A DNA stretch of 64,000 nt from an uncultured bacterium (GTDB lineage Bacteria > Patescibacteriota > Saccharimonadia > UBA4664): positions 5,916 to 69,915 of the forward strand of contig CAVRET010000001.1 of NCBI GenBank assembly GCA_963720265.1. Reading direction: 5' to 3'. Numbering within the stretch: position 1 is the stretch's first letter; the number at the start of each line of letters is the position of its first letter. Shown one piece after another: positions 27,245 through 36,261 of the stretch. The position numbers and the translations under genes are program-made. The notes below the pieces were generated by a model, which saw only the letters and a program-made list of their open reading frames with translations, did not search any database and was not told the origin of the DNA.

Positions 27245-27410
27245 TATGACACTAACTCTGTATCGATGAGTGGGGACGGTACGACCGTGAGTCTGTCGAC
27301 ACTTGCGAGCAATCTTGTGTCAGGTGACACTAACTCTAATCGGGATGTTATTGCTGCCCAAACCGGGAATAGTGCGGTCACGTACTGTTCACTGTAAGCA
27401 TCTCGTTTAG

Positions 27411-27439
27411 AAAAGCCGGGTTTTATCCCGGCTTTTCTG
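27411..27439. terminator. Bidirectional intrinsic-terminator-like hairpin (AAAGCCGGG-ttttat-CCCGGCTTT) flanked by A/T runs
   Basis: Perfect 9-bp GC-rich stem with a T-run on the + side (cttttctg) and an A-run on the other side. Intergenic position between the IS and locus B. Confidence 0.45.
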
Positions 27440-27463
27440 TCGTTACATGTTGTAAAAATTGCG

Positions 27464-27493
27464 TTGACTTGTCCATAGTGCTTAAGCTAAAAT
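27464..27493 (+). promoter_or_regulatory. Sigma70-like promoter candidate for the locus B operon (TTGACT-N18-TAAAAT)
   Basis: The hexamers were read directly about 40 nt upstream of ATG 27532. RBS AAGGA lies 8-10 nt before the ATG. Confidence 0.4.
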
Positions 27494-27531
27494 TTAGCCA
27501 AGTACCATTTTAAGTACCATTAAGGAAAAAT

Positions 27532-28686
27532 ATGAGTAGTAGAAGGGCAATCCTGCGGGATCATTACCTCGGTCTGTTCAGAAGGGCTGGCACCTGGGCT
27601 GGTCTCGTTTCGATCTTGGCAACAATGTTTGTGGCGGCTCCGGCGCTGGCGCTCGGCCAGCTTACGACGAGATCGGCAACGCTGAGTAATCCGGCGGCCG
27701 GTGCGACCACCGATAACATTGCCGTCAAGTTCACGCTTGGAACATCGGGACAAACGATTGCAGGTTTGGGATTTCAAATCTGCGACTCTCCATTGCCGGG
27801 AGCTTGTGCAAATACCGGTACCTCATCGGGTGAGAACTTTTCGACTGTATCAACGGTGGCTACTGTAGTCAGCGGTGGTGGTTCATGGACCAATGGTTCG
27901 ACTTGTAGCACTTTAGGCACAACCCACACAGGTAACTTGCTTGAGGTGAACTGTACTTCACAAGCAGTGACAGGAACGCCGACTGCAACAGTGACGATAA
28001 CCGGTGTAACCAACCCGTCGGCTAATGGCGAGTGGTATATACGTGTGAACACCTACACCGCAGCCAACGATGGTGGTACTGACACTGACCAGGGTGCAAT
28101 GGCGGTTGACACGAACAACCAGCTGAGTGAGTCGGCTACCGTTCAGGAAAGTCTGGTCTTTGCAGTTGGTTTGTCAGGGTCAACTTGCGCAGGCATCTCG
28201 GGTGGTCCGTCGGTGACCCTGAGCAATTCTTCGCCTATGTCTACCGCTTCGACTGCCGCAGGTACTGGTCTCCTATGCGCGAACACAAACGCCGGTTCTG
28301 GCTATGTCATTGCTTATAACGGCGCTGCTTTCGCCGGAGGCGGCACAACCTTTCCGACGATACCGTCTCCAACAACTGGATTCACATCAACCGCTGGTTC
28401 GCAACAGTTTGGCTTCAACCTCGTCGATGTTGCTGAGAATGAAGTGAGTGGTAGTAGTTCTGTTGGCAAATGCGACTCCGGTGCCGGCGCCGATACAGGT
28501 TCATATTGCACGTCAAGCAAATATAACTACGACACGTCCGCAGGCTTCCACCAGATCGCATCAAGTGAAGGTGCGCCTAGCAATGACACGATCTACACGG
28601 TGACCTATAAGGCAAACATTGACAACACAGTCCAAAAAGGTACTTATACAGCTACGCAGACGTTCGTTTGTACTGGTACGTTTTAA
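27532..28686 (+). CDS. Secreted WxL-like surface protein (C-terminal …KGTYTATQTFVCTGTF)
   Basis: Signal peptide, then a conserved post-cleavage motif QLTTRSATLSN. Shares the QESLVFAVG block, TNAGSGYVIAY and QQFGFNL with its paralogs. Confidence 0.7.
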   Translation: MSSRRAILRDHYLGLFRRAGTWAGLVSILATMFVAAPALALGQLTTRSATLSNPAAGATTDNIAVKFTLGTSGQTIAGLGFQICDSPLPGACANTGTSSGENFSTVSTVATVVSGGGSWTNGSTCSTLGTTHTGNLLEVNCTSQAVTGTPTATVTITGVTNPSANGEWYIRVNTYTAANDGGTDTDQGAMAVDTNNQLSESATVQESLVFAVGLSGSTCAGISGGPSVTLSNSSPMSTASTAAGTGLLCANTNAGSGYVIAYNGAAFAGGGTTFPTIPSPTTGFTSTAGSQQFGFNLVDVAENEVSGSSSVGKCDSGAGADTGSYCTSSKYNYDTSAGFHQIASSEGAPSNDTIYTVTYKANIDNTVQKGTYTATQTFVCTGTF

Positions 28687-28719
28687 GTAAGGTAAAAAGG
28701 AAACAGGCAAGAAAAAGCA

Positions 28720-29877
28720 ATGCCGAGCAGAAGTCAAATCCTGAAAACGCACTATGTAAAAGTATTACAGAAGGCAGCAACGTGGGTTGGGCTTGGTTCC
28801 CTGGTGGCGATGACTCTGGTGGCGGCACCGGCTAGCGCGGGCGGGGCTCAGATTACGAATCGTTCAACGACCTTAAGTAGCTCAAGTGCAGCATCTAGCA
28901 ATGCGACGACATCGTATGCGTTGAGCTTCAAATTACCTTCGAGTGGCGCAACTATTGAGGCGTTGATGTTCCAGGTCTGTACCTCGCCGCTGGAGACAAC
29001 GTCTTGCTCGACTCCTACGGGCGCGTCTTTGAGTGCGGGTCCGGTAACACTATCGGCGCAGGGCGGGCAGTTTTCCGGCTGGACGCTGGGTGCTGGTACG
29101 CCACCGGCGCCGACTGCGAACACGGCCTATATTTTTAATGCCTCCGGTTTTTCTGAAAATACCTCAACTACCCAAGCGTTGACTTTCAACAATATCCAGA
29201 ACCCAACTACCGTAAATCAGGAATACTACGTTCGCATAACTACGTATACGGGATACAACGGTAGCGGCGGTACGGGTGAGCAAGACTTTGGCGCGATGGC
29301 GGTTGCAACCACTCAGTCGCTGAGTGTAGACGCTAATGTGCAGGAGTCGCTCGAGTTTTGTGTGGGCACGGTTTCGGCGCCGTCTAACTGCGGGGCCGAA
29401 TCGGGTAGCACCGTGAATATCGGCAGTGGCACCGATAACGTGTTGTCGTCGTCTGCTCCGTCGGGTGCCATTTCGACGATGATTGCTGACACTAATGCTA
29501 CGACCGGGTATGTTATTACGTACTATGCGGGCAATCTGTCGTCGTCAAGCGATACGATTACAGCGATTGCCGGCACTCCGACAACGTTCCCGTCGGCTGG
29601 TACGGCTGCGTTTGGCATTAATTTACGCGCAAATACGAGCCCAAGTATTACGAACTCGGCTGATAAGGCCGGCTCCGGATCGGGAGCTGTGGCGGCTAAC
29701 TACAACACCGTCAACCAGTTTGCCTTTGTGCCTTCTACCACTACCACGGTGGCAACGGCTAGCGCTCCGACCGTGGCTAACACCTACACGGTGTCTTATG
29801 CCGCTCAAGCTGGATCGACGACAAAGCCTGGCGCCTTTGCCACGAGTTTCAACTATGTGGCGACCGGCACATTCTAA
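28720..29877 (+). CDS. Secreted WxL-like surface protein (C-terminal …PGAFATSFNYVATGTF)
   Basis: Signal peptide plus QITNRSTTLSS, QESLEFCVG, TNATTGYVITY and AAFGINLRANTSPS. Paralog of its neighbours. Confidence 0.7.
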   Translation: MPSRSQILKTHYVKVLQKAATWVGLGSLVAMTLVAAPASAGGAQITNRSTTLSSSSAASSNATTSYALSFKLPSSGATIEALMFQVCTSPLETTSCSTPTGASLSAGPVTLSAQGGQFSGWTLGAGTPPAPTANTAYIFNASGFSENTSTTQALTFNNIQNPTTVNQEYYVRITTYTGYNGSGGTGEQDFGAMAVATTQSLSVDANVQESLEFCVGTVSAPSNCGAESGSTVNIGSGTDNVLSSSAPSGAISTMIADTNATTGYVITYYAGNLSSSSDTITAIAGTPTTFPSAGTAAFGINLRANTSPSITNSADKAGSGSGAVAANYNTVNQFAFVPSTTTTVATASAPTVANTYTVSYAAQAGSTTKPGAFATSFNYVATGTF

Positions 29878-29905
29878 ACTAAACCCGTAATCCTTTTAGT
29901 AAGCC

Positions 29906-31030
29906 ATGAAGACAAAACCACTCACAAAAACACTCATTGCAAAACTATCGATACTTGGGCTGCTGGCTTCGACTTTCGTGCCATTGGTTGCGAATGCGGC
30001 AACGGGTCAGCTTTCACCGCGTAGTGCGACGCTCAGTACTTCGGTGGCTGGTGCGACGGCTGTGACAGCCACATTTAAGTTTACGCCGAGTGCGGCTAAC
30101 AGCGGCGCGACCATTAAGGGCATCAAGTTTCAGATGTGCAATTCGCCGGTAGAGACGACAACTTGTACGATCCCCGACGGCACCTCGACCATGGCGTCGG
30201 CCACGGCTGGAAGCGAGTCGGGAACGGATATGACAAATACATATGGCAGTCCATCGTATAATGGCGCGACGGATGTCACATTTACGAATGCGACCGGGAA
30301 CGTGTTTAATTCTGGCGACGGCATCGAAACATTTGCGGTGCAGAATATCACCTTGCCTGCAACTGCAAATACCGAATTTTACTTCCGTATCACGACGTAT
30401 AACAGTAGCTCGACCTTTAATGGCGCGACCGAGGTGGATTACGGCGGTATTGCGGTCAGTACCGCGCAGCAGATTACCATAACCGGCACAATGCCGGAAA
30501 GCCTGGTGTTCTGTGTCGGCACGAGCGGCTCGAATTGCGGCAACATTACCGGCTCGAGCGTGGCACTGGGTACGTTTAGCCCAACGTCGACGAATACTGG
30601 TACGAGCGTCATGGATGTGAGTACGAATGCCGGGTCGGGGTATGCCATTACGCTCAGTGGGACGGTGCCGACCTCGGGTTCGAATACGATTCTGGCCATG
30701 GGGACGCAGAGCGCCAACTCGTCCGGCTGTGCGGTAAGTTGTACCTCAACGACCGGCACGAGCCAATTTGGCAGCAATGTGCGCACTAACACTTCGCCCA
30801 GCGTGGGTGCCGATGTAACGCCGACCGGCGGCGGCTTCAACGGCGCAGGCTCAGGCGGCTACAATACGCCAAATAGCTTCCGTTTCTTTACGGGCGATAC
30901 GGTGGCGGGCTCGAGCCAAGTGAGCAACGCACAGTTGTTCACCAATTCTTACCTTGTGAACGTAGCAGGATCGCAAGCGGCTGGTCTGTACACCGCGACC
31001 ATGACGTATATTTGCACGGCTACGTTCTAA
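29906..31030 (+). CDS. Secreted WxL-like surface protein (C-terminal …AGLYTATMTYICTATF)
   Basis: Signal peptide plus QLSPRSATLST, PESLVFCVGTSGSNCG, TNAGSGYAITL and SQFGSNVRTNTSPS. Confidence 0.7.
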   Translation: MKTKPLTKTLIAKLSILGLLASTFVPLVANAATGQLSPRSATLSTSVAGATAVTATFKFTPSAANSGATIKGIKFQMCNSPVETTTCTIPDGTSTMASATAGSESGTDMTNTYGSPSYNGATDVTFTNATGNVFNSGDGIETFAVQNITLPATANTEFYFRITTYNSSSTFNGATEVDYGGIAVSTAQQITITGTMPESLVFCVGTSGSNCGNITGSSVALGTFSPTSTNTGTSVMDVSTNAGSGYAITLSGTVPTSGSNTILAMGTQSANSSGCAVSCTSTTGTSQFGSNVRTNTSPSVGADVTPTGGGFNGAGSGGYNTPNSFRFFTGDTVAGSSQVSNAQLFTNSYLVNVAGSQAAGLYTATMTYICTATF

Positions 31031-31061
31031 ATAACGGCCGCAGCTCGGGAACAGCGACATA

Positions 31062-32108
31062 ATGGAAACAAACAAACAATCCAGGTTTGCCCGATTCATC
31101 ACCTTGGTGGTCATGGGGCTTATGTTGTGCGTGTCGACTGGGTCGGTTCAGGCGGCGGGGCTGTCGAGCCGTTCGGATACAATGAGTACGTCGCAGGCGA
31201 GCGTGACAGCTACGCATGTGTTTGCGTTTACAACCGCGACCACGGCTAACATTGGCTCGATTGGGCTGACGTTTTGCACGACGGCCAACGGGAGCTGCAC
31301 AATGCCGCTTGGCCTCGTAACCACAAGTGCGACTCTGACGGGCCAAACCGGGATTAGCGGGTTTACACTGAACAACGCAACCAACGGCGCGCCTTTCATT
31401 TTGAACAACGGCGCGCCGCAGGTGACCTTAAACACTGCGGTGACGGCGACACTGACCGGCGTAACCAACCCATCGGCCGTGAACACGACGTTTTTCGTGC
31501 GCATCACAACTTACACAGGCACAGATGGTGCGACCGGACCAGTGGATACGGGTAATGTGGCGGTGTCGACCGCGCAGCCGATTCAGTTGACCGGCGTAAC
31601 GCCGGAAATCTTGGTGTTTTGCGTCGGTATCACGATTACGAGCGACTGCACTACGGTGAGCGGCAACTCGATTGACTTTGGTGATTTTGACCCGTTGTCG
31701 ACCAAATCGGGCACCAGCGTGATGCAGGCGAGTACCAATGCCGGTGGCGGCTACAACGTTACAGTGAATGGTACGACCTTGCAGTCGGGCGCCAATAGTA
31801 TAGGGGCATTGGCCGCGCAGACCGCATCGGCGACTGGTGCGCCGCAATTTGGCCTTAACCTGCGGGCCAATACGACCCCGGCGGTCGGAGCTGACCCGTC
31901 GACCGGTAGCGGCGCAATCGGCACGTATAGTGCTCATTATGGTACGGCTAACCAGTATCGGTTTGTGACCGGTGATGCGGTCGCGACATCGGCCGGACCA
32001 AGCAATGCTAACACGTTTACTTCGAGCTACATTGTGAACATTCCGAGCTTGCAGGCGGCGGGTACTTACACGTCGACCATGACGTACATTTGCACGGCCA
32101 ATTTCTAG
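31062..32108 (+). CDS. Secreted WxL-like surface protein (C-terminal …AGTYTSTMTYICTANF)
   Basis: Signal peptide plus GLSSRSDTMSTS, PEILVFCVG, TNAGGGYNVTV and PQFGLNLRANTTPA. Confidence 0.7.
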   Translation: METNKQSRFARFITLVVMGLMLCVSTGSVQAAGLSSRSDTMSTSQASVTATHVFAFTTATTANIGSIGLTFCTTANGSCTMPLGLVTTSATLTGQTGISGFTLNNATNGAPFILNNGAPQVTLNTAVTATLTGVTNPSAVNTTFFVRITTYTGTDGATGPVDTGNVAVSTAQPIQLTGVTPEILVFCVGITITSDCTTVSGNSIDFGDFDPLSTKSGTSVMQASTNAGGGYNVTVNGTTLQSGANSIGALAAQTASATGAPQFGLNLRANTTPAVGADPSTGSGAIGTYSAHYGTANQYRFVTGDAVATSAGPSNANTFTSSYIVNIPSLQAAGTYTSTMTYICTANF

Positions 32109-32139
32109 ACCGATTGCAGGTCCCCTGGTTGGCGGTTGC

Positions 32140-33195
32140 GTGAGCGTTATCTTGTGCGATACACTGAGAGCAATGCGTAAGTGGTTTGTGGGTAGCTTTA
32201 TCGGTGCAATGCTGGCGGCAGCTGTTGTAGTGCCGTGGGGTGTACTGGCGGCTACAACGGGCTCAACCTCGCCGGGTGGGGCAGCCTCAACCAGTAGTGG
32301 CTCACCGGGCCAGGGCCTGGAGATTTCGCCGCCGGTGGTTGAGCTATCAGCAAATCCCGGCCAGACGGTAACTGTTCCAATTGACGTACGCGATATTACG
32401 AGAGGTGAGCTGATCGCAAAAGGTCAGGCCGATGACTTCGGTGCTAGCAGTAACGAGAGCGGGCAGCCGCAAATCCTGCTGAACGAGAATGGCGAGACCC
32501 GTTATTCGCTGAAGTATTGGATTCCTTCTGTGCCGGATATGGATCTACAACCAGACCAGCTGAAAACAGCTGACATTGTTATCAACGTGCCGGCCAACGC
32601 AGAGCCCGGCGGCCACTACGGCGTGGTTCGTTTTACCGCGGTGCCGCCAAATTTGGCCGGGACAGGCGTGGCGCTGTCGGCCAGTGTGGGGACGTTGATC
32701 CTGCTAACGGTCAATGGTCCGGTCACGCACAATTTGACTTTGGTGCAATTTTCGAGTGGGCTCCAAAATAACAAGACCGACAACTGGACGAGCAAAAGCT
32801 CGTTCGAGACCGGTCCGGTTGATTTTCTCGTTCGCTTACATAATGGGGGTACGGTCCACGAACAGCCGAGCGGGCAGATTGTGGTGAAGAATATGTTTGG
32901 GCGTCAGGTTTCGACCATGACGGTCAACTCCACTGGGGGCAATGTATTGCCTGATAGCATTCGGCGGTTCACCACTGCAATGAGCAATAAGAAGTTGTTT
33001 GGCTACTACTCGGCTACACTATCGCTGACCTACGCGAAGACAATGCGTGTGAACGGCAGCCTGCATTTTTGGGTGATTCCGTGGATGCTCGTGCTCACCG
33101 TACTCCTCCTTATTGTGATCCTGTTCTTCGCGCTGCGTTGGGCGCTGAAGCGATACAACGAGCACATCATTTCCAAGGCGGGCGGGCGCCGGTAA
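32140..33195 (+). CDS. C-terminally membrane-anchored surface protein (DUF916/DUF3324-like), locus B partner
   Basis: Signal peptide, ISPPVVELSANPGQTVTVPIDV, and PGGHYGVVRF. C-terminus LHFWVIPWM + TM LVLTVLLLIVILFFALRWAL + KRYNEHIISKAGGRR. Same architecture as the two locus A anchored proteins. Confidence 0.65.
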   Translation: MSVILCDTLRAMRKWFVGSFIGAMLAAAVVVPWGVLAATTGSTSPGGAASTSSGSPGQGLEISPPVVELSANPGQTVTVPIDVRDITRGELIAKGQADDFGASSNESGQPQILLNENGETRYSLKYWIPSVPDMDLQPDQLKTADIVINVPANAEPGGHYGVVRFTAVPPNLAGTGVALSASVGTLILLTVNGPVTHNLTLVQFSSGLQNNKTDNWTSKSSFETGPVDFLVRLHNGGTVHEQPSGQIVVKNMFGRQVSTMTVNSTGGNVLPDSIRRFTTAMSNKKLFGYYSATLSLTYAKTMRVNGSLHFWVIPWMLVLTVLLLIVILFFALRWALKRYNEHIISKAGGRR

Positions 33196-33198
33196 GCC

Positions 33199-34143
33199 AT
33201 GCTGGGCCACGAACACTCTGGGCGGTTGCGGCCGCATACCCACACAACGTATGCGGCCTTGACGTTTATGCTCCTACTGGTGGGGGTATTGCTCGTGGGC
33301 TTGAGTTGGGCGGCGGAGGCGGCGCCGCCGGCGGTCAATCCGCAATCCGGGTCGATCGGTCTTTCGGGCACGGTTCCGGGCAAGCCGCCCAGCAGCGCCG
33401 CAACGATCCTGACGCCTTCCGACGGCACGCACACCAGTACGATCCCGTTGACCGTTTCAGGCACGTGCCCGGCCGGTGATTTTGTTGATATTGAGAAAAA
33501 TAACGTGTTTGCGGGTGCGGCTGAGTGCGGGGATAACGGCACCTTTAGCGTTCAAGTTGATCTATTTAGCGGGATTAACACGCTCGTGGCGCGGGTGGCC
33601 GATGCGCTGGGGCAATTTGGGCCGGATTCGGCCGGCGTAACTGCGTATTATGATGCGCCGACGCCGGCCAATGGTGCGAGCACGGTTCAGCAACTGTTTC
33701 TCACAACCGCAACCACTATTTTGGGAGGGAATCCGGGCCAGGGCTTTGCGCGCTCGGTAACGATTAACGGAGGCGTAGGTCCATACGCTGTGAGCTGGGA
33801 CTTCGGGGATGGCGCAACGAGTTTGGCCAGTGCCTCAACTACCGGCATTGTGAGCTCAAATCATTCGTATACGCGGCCGGGCATTTACAATGTTATCGTG
33901 CGGGTCACAGATAGCACCGGTTCGACTGCTTACTTACAAGTGCTGTCAGTGGTGAACGGGCCGGTGGCGGCATATGGCGCGAGTGGCGCTTCAGGCGTGG
34001 GTGCGATTACCGGTGGTTTGGTGGGGGCATGGCCGCTGTATAGTATCGCAGTGCTAATGGTGGGCGTGTTTTGGCTCGGCGAGCTAAGGGAAGGGCGCAA
34101 ACTGCGCAAGCTGCGGGAGTTGCAGGAGCGATCTTTGGTATAA
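33199..34143 (+). CDS. PKD-domain surface protein with an N-terminal signal anchor and a C-terminal TM plus basic tail
   Basis: WDFGDGATS…SHSYTRPGIYNVIVRVTDSTG is a classic PKD-domain motif. C-terminal TM (LYSIAVLMVGVFWLG) followed by EGRKLRKLRELQERSLV. Confidence 0.55.
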   Translation: MLGHEHSGRLRPHTHTTYAALTFMLLLVGVLLVGLSWAAEAAPPAVNPQSGSIGLSGTVPGKPPSSAATILTPSDGTHTSTIPLTVSGTCPAGDFVDIEKNNVFAGAAECGDNGTFSVQVDLFSGINTLVARVADALGQFGPDSAGVTAYYDAPTPANGASTVQQLFLTTATTILGGNPGQGFARSVTINGGVGPYAVSWDFGDGATSLASASTTGIVSSNHSYTRPGIYNVIVRVTDSTGSTAYLQVLSVVNGPVAAYGASGASGVGAITGGLVGAWPLYSIAVLMVGVFWLGELREGRKLRKLRELQERSLV

Positions 34144-34149
34144 TGCCAG

Positions 34150-34920
34150 ATGATGGCTGGTGTTATCGCGATTGCGAATCAAAAAGGTGGCGTCGGAAAG
34201 ACCACGACGACTATTAACCTTGGTGCTTATCTGGCGGCCGCTAAAGAGCGGGTGCTGGTGGTGGACCTCGATCCTCAGGGCAATACGTCGAGCGGACTGG
34301 GTATCGTCGGCGAGGGCTTAAAGGCTAGCATGTACGATGTGCTGCTTGAAGATATGCCGGCTGCTGATGCGATACAACCAACCGGCGTGAAGGGGCTTGA
34401 TGTACTGCCGGCATCGCCGGTACTGGCCGCGGCCGAAGTAGAGCTGGTGGCTCAGCCGAAGCGTGAGTTTCGGCTTAAGAAGGCCCTGGCCACATTGGAA
34501 TATGATTACATTTTGATCGACTGTCCGCCGAGTTTGGGGATATTGACCGTGAACGGATTGGTGGCGGCTGAGAATTTGATTATCCCGGTGCAGGCGGAAT
34601 TTTATGCACTTGAAGGCTTGGGGCAGTTGGTTCAAACGGTGCAGCGAGTGCGACGCGGGCTGAACCCATCGCTTAAACTCATGGGCGTGCTCGTGACCAT
34701 GCATAACGGCCGCACGACGCTGTCTGCTCAGGTGCACGATGAGGTGAAGCGGCATTTTCCGGATGTGGTGTTTGATACCGTAATTCCTCGGAACGTGCGG
34801 CTGGCTGAGGCGCCGAGTTTCGGCAAGCCGATTATGCAGTATGATGGATGGAGTAAGGGGGCGAGAAGTTATAAAGCGTTGGCCAAAGAAGTGGTCGCGC
34901 GCACGAAGGTGAGGAGTTAA
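34150..34920 (+). CDS. parA: Chromosome-partitioning ATPase ParA/Soj
   Basis: IAIANQKGGVGKTTTTINLGAYLA deviant Walker A and the DLDPQGN motif. Immediately upstream of parB. Confidence 0.85.
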   Translation: MMAGVIAIANQKGGVGKTTTTINLGAYLAAAKERVLVVDLDPQGNTSSGLGIVGEGLKASMYDVLLEDMPAADAIQPTGVKGLDVLPASPVLAAAEVELVAQPKREFRLKKALATLEYDYILIDCPPSLGILTVNGLVAAENLIIPVQAEFYALEGLGQLVQTVQRVRRGLNPSLKLMGVLVTMHNGRTTLSAQVHDEVKRHFPDVVFDTVIPRNVRLAEAPSFGKPIMQYDGWSKGARSYKALAKEVVARTKVRS

Positions 34921-35802
34921 ATGGCAGACAAACGGCGAGGATTAGGACGGGGCTTTGATTCGCTTATTCCGACGCAGCTCGTGGAGGCAGAATTTGATGT
35001 AACAGCCGACAACGACGAAGGTAACATGCGCGAGATTGCGTGCGAGCTGATCGACCCTAATCCGCACCAGCCGCGGACTGAGTTTAACGAAGAAGCACTG
35101 CAGGCGTTGGCAGCCAGCATTCGAGTGCACGGGATTTTGCAGCCGCTGGTAGTTACGAGGGCGGGTACGCGGTTTGAGCTAATCGCAGGCGAGCGGCGTC
35201 TGAGGGCGGCCAAGATTGCCGGGTTTGACAGCGTGCCGGTGATCGTGCGCAGCTTTGACGAGCAAGAGAAGCTGGAGCTCGCGCTGATTGAGAATATCCA
35301 GCGCGAAGATTTGAACTTACTCGAGGTGGCAACGGCGTACCGCAAGTTGACGGATCAGTTTAATTTGACGCTTGATACAATTGGCAAGAAGGTGGGAAAG
35401 TCGGTGCCGTCGATTTCAAACACGATGCGGCTGCTCAATTTGCCGCCGGCGGCCAAGCGGGCGCTCGTGGACGGGGTAATTACGGAAGGGCACGCGCGGA
35501 TCATTTTGAGCTTGGACGAGCCGCATAAGCAAATGGAGCTGCTCAGGCTTATGCTGGAGCGGCATTGGACCGTTCGCCAGGCTGAGGAATACGCTCGTGG
35601 CTACCGCGGCGAGGCAGGGTCCAAGATGGCAGCTGAGGCCCGGATTGCGAGCACCAACCAGCTCACCAAGAGCCTGTCCGACTATTTGGGCGCACACGTT
35701 ATGCAGCGGCATACTGCTAAGGGCGGGCGGCTCATTATTGAATATACATCCGAGGATGAGCTGGAACGGATCTATCGCGCGATTCACCGTGAAGCGGACT
35801 AA
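34921..35802 (+). CDS. parB: Chromosome-partitioning protein ParB/Spo0J
   Basis: LIAGERRLRAAKIAG ParB box and an HTH region. Adjacent to parA. Confidence 0.85.
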   Translation: MADKRRGLGRGFDSLIPTQLVEAEFDVTADNDEGNMREIACELIDPNPHQPRTEFNEEALQALAASIRVHGILQPLVVTRAGTRFELIAGERRLRAAKIAGFDSVPVIVRSFDEQEKLELALIENIQREDLNLLEVATAYRKLTDQFNLTLDTIGKKVGKSVPSISNTMRLLNLPPAAKRALVDGVITEGHARIILSLDEPHKQMELLRLMLERHWTVRQAEEYARGYRGEAGSKMAAEARIASTNQLTKSLSDYLGAHVMQRHTAKGGRLIIEYTSEDELERIYRAIHREAD

Positions 35803-36136
35803 GGTTATTTAGGGCAAAAGATGAGCCATCGGGCGGTGCGCCGATGGCTTTGGTGGTGATTCCCGCGCAGGTTGGCGGAAAATTATAGTATTGATTTGGG
35901 GCGACAGGGGCGCGCGCGACGTTTAACGTTCTTGGAACGTACGCGCGCGGCCCTGCCTTACCTTTATATAGACCGGTCCTGGATTCTCGCATGCGCCGCG
36001 TGGGGTTAGCATCTAACCCATATGATCACCCCTTAGTTCGTGGACGGACGGACCGTCCGGATGGGCAAGGGATGTGGGACTAGCAGAATACGGTCATACG
36101 GTTCACCTCCAAGGCTGAACGGTCTTGCTGGTGATT

Positions 36137-36249
36137 GGTGGCGGGGCTGGGAATTGAACCCAGGCATGCCTTTTCGGGTGGGCTCTTCGCCGCCGTTGGG
36201 TCGAGGTACCCCGGGGAAGTTACTTGCGCATCCCCTGGTATGCCCGCCA
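36137..36249 (-). ncRNA. tRNA-like element with a canonical T-arm, acceptor 3' strand and encoded CCA; the full cloverleaf is not recoverable
   Basis: The minus-strand RNA ends …CUGGGUUCAAUUCCCAGCCCCGCCACCA (5-bp T-stem, UUCAAUU loop, 7-nt acceptor strand, A73, CCA). A matching 5' strand GGCGGGC exists 113 nt upstream with one C·C mismatch. A nearer GGCGGCG gives only a 59-nt minihelix. Neither option yields standard D/anticodon arms. Confidence 0.3.
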
Positions 36250-36261
36250 GGAATGATATTA

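Noticed and set aside
127-32108. C-terminal aromatic residue as an outer-membrane beta-barrel (BamA) signal
   Set aside because: It was considered. The proteins are poor in aromatic girdle residues. They co-occur with DUF916/DUF3324-like anchored partners and monoderm-type envelope genes (LCP, signal-anchored surface proteins), which favours a WxL-like interpretation. It remains an alternative.
34150-35802. parS site near parAB
   Set aside because: No match to the TGTTTCACGTGAAACA consensus was seen by eye in or near parB. It may be divergent or elsewhere.
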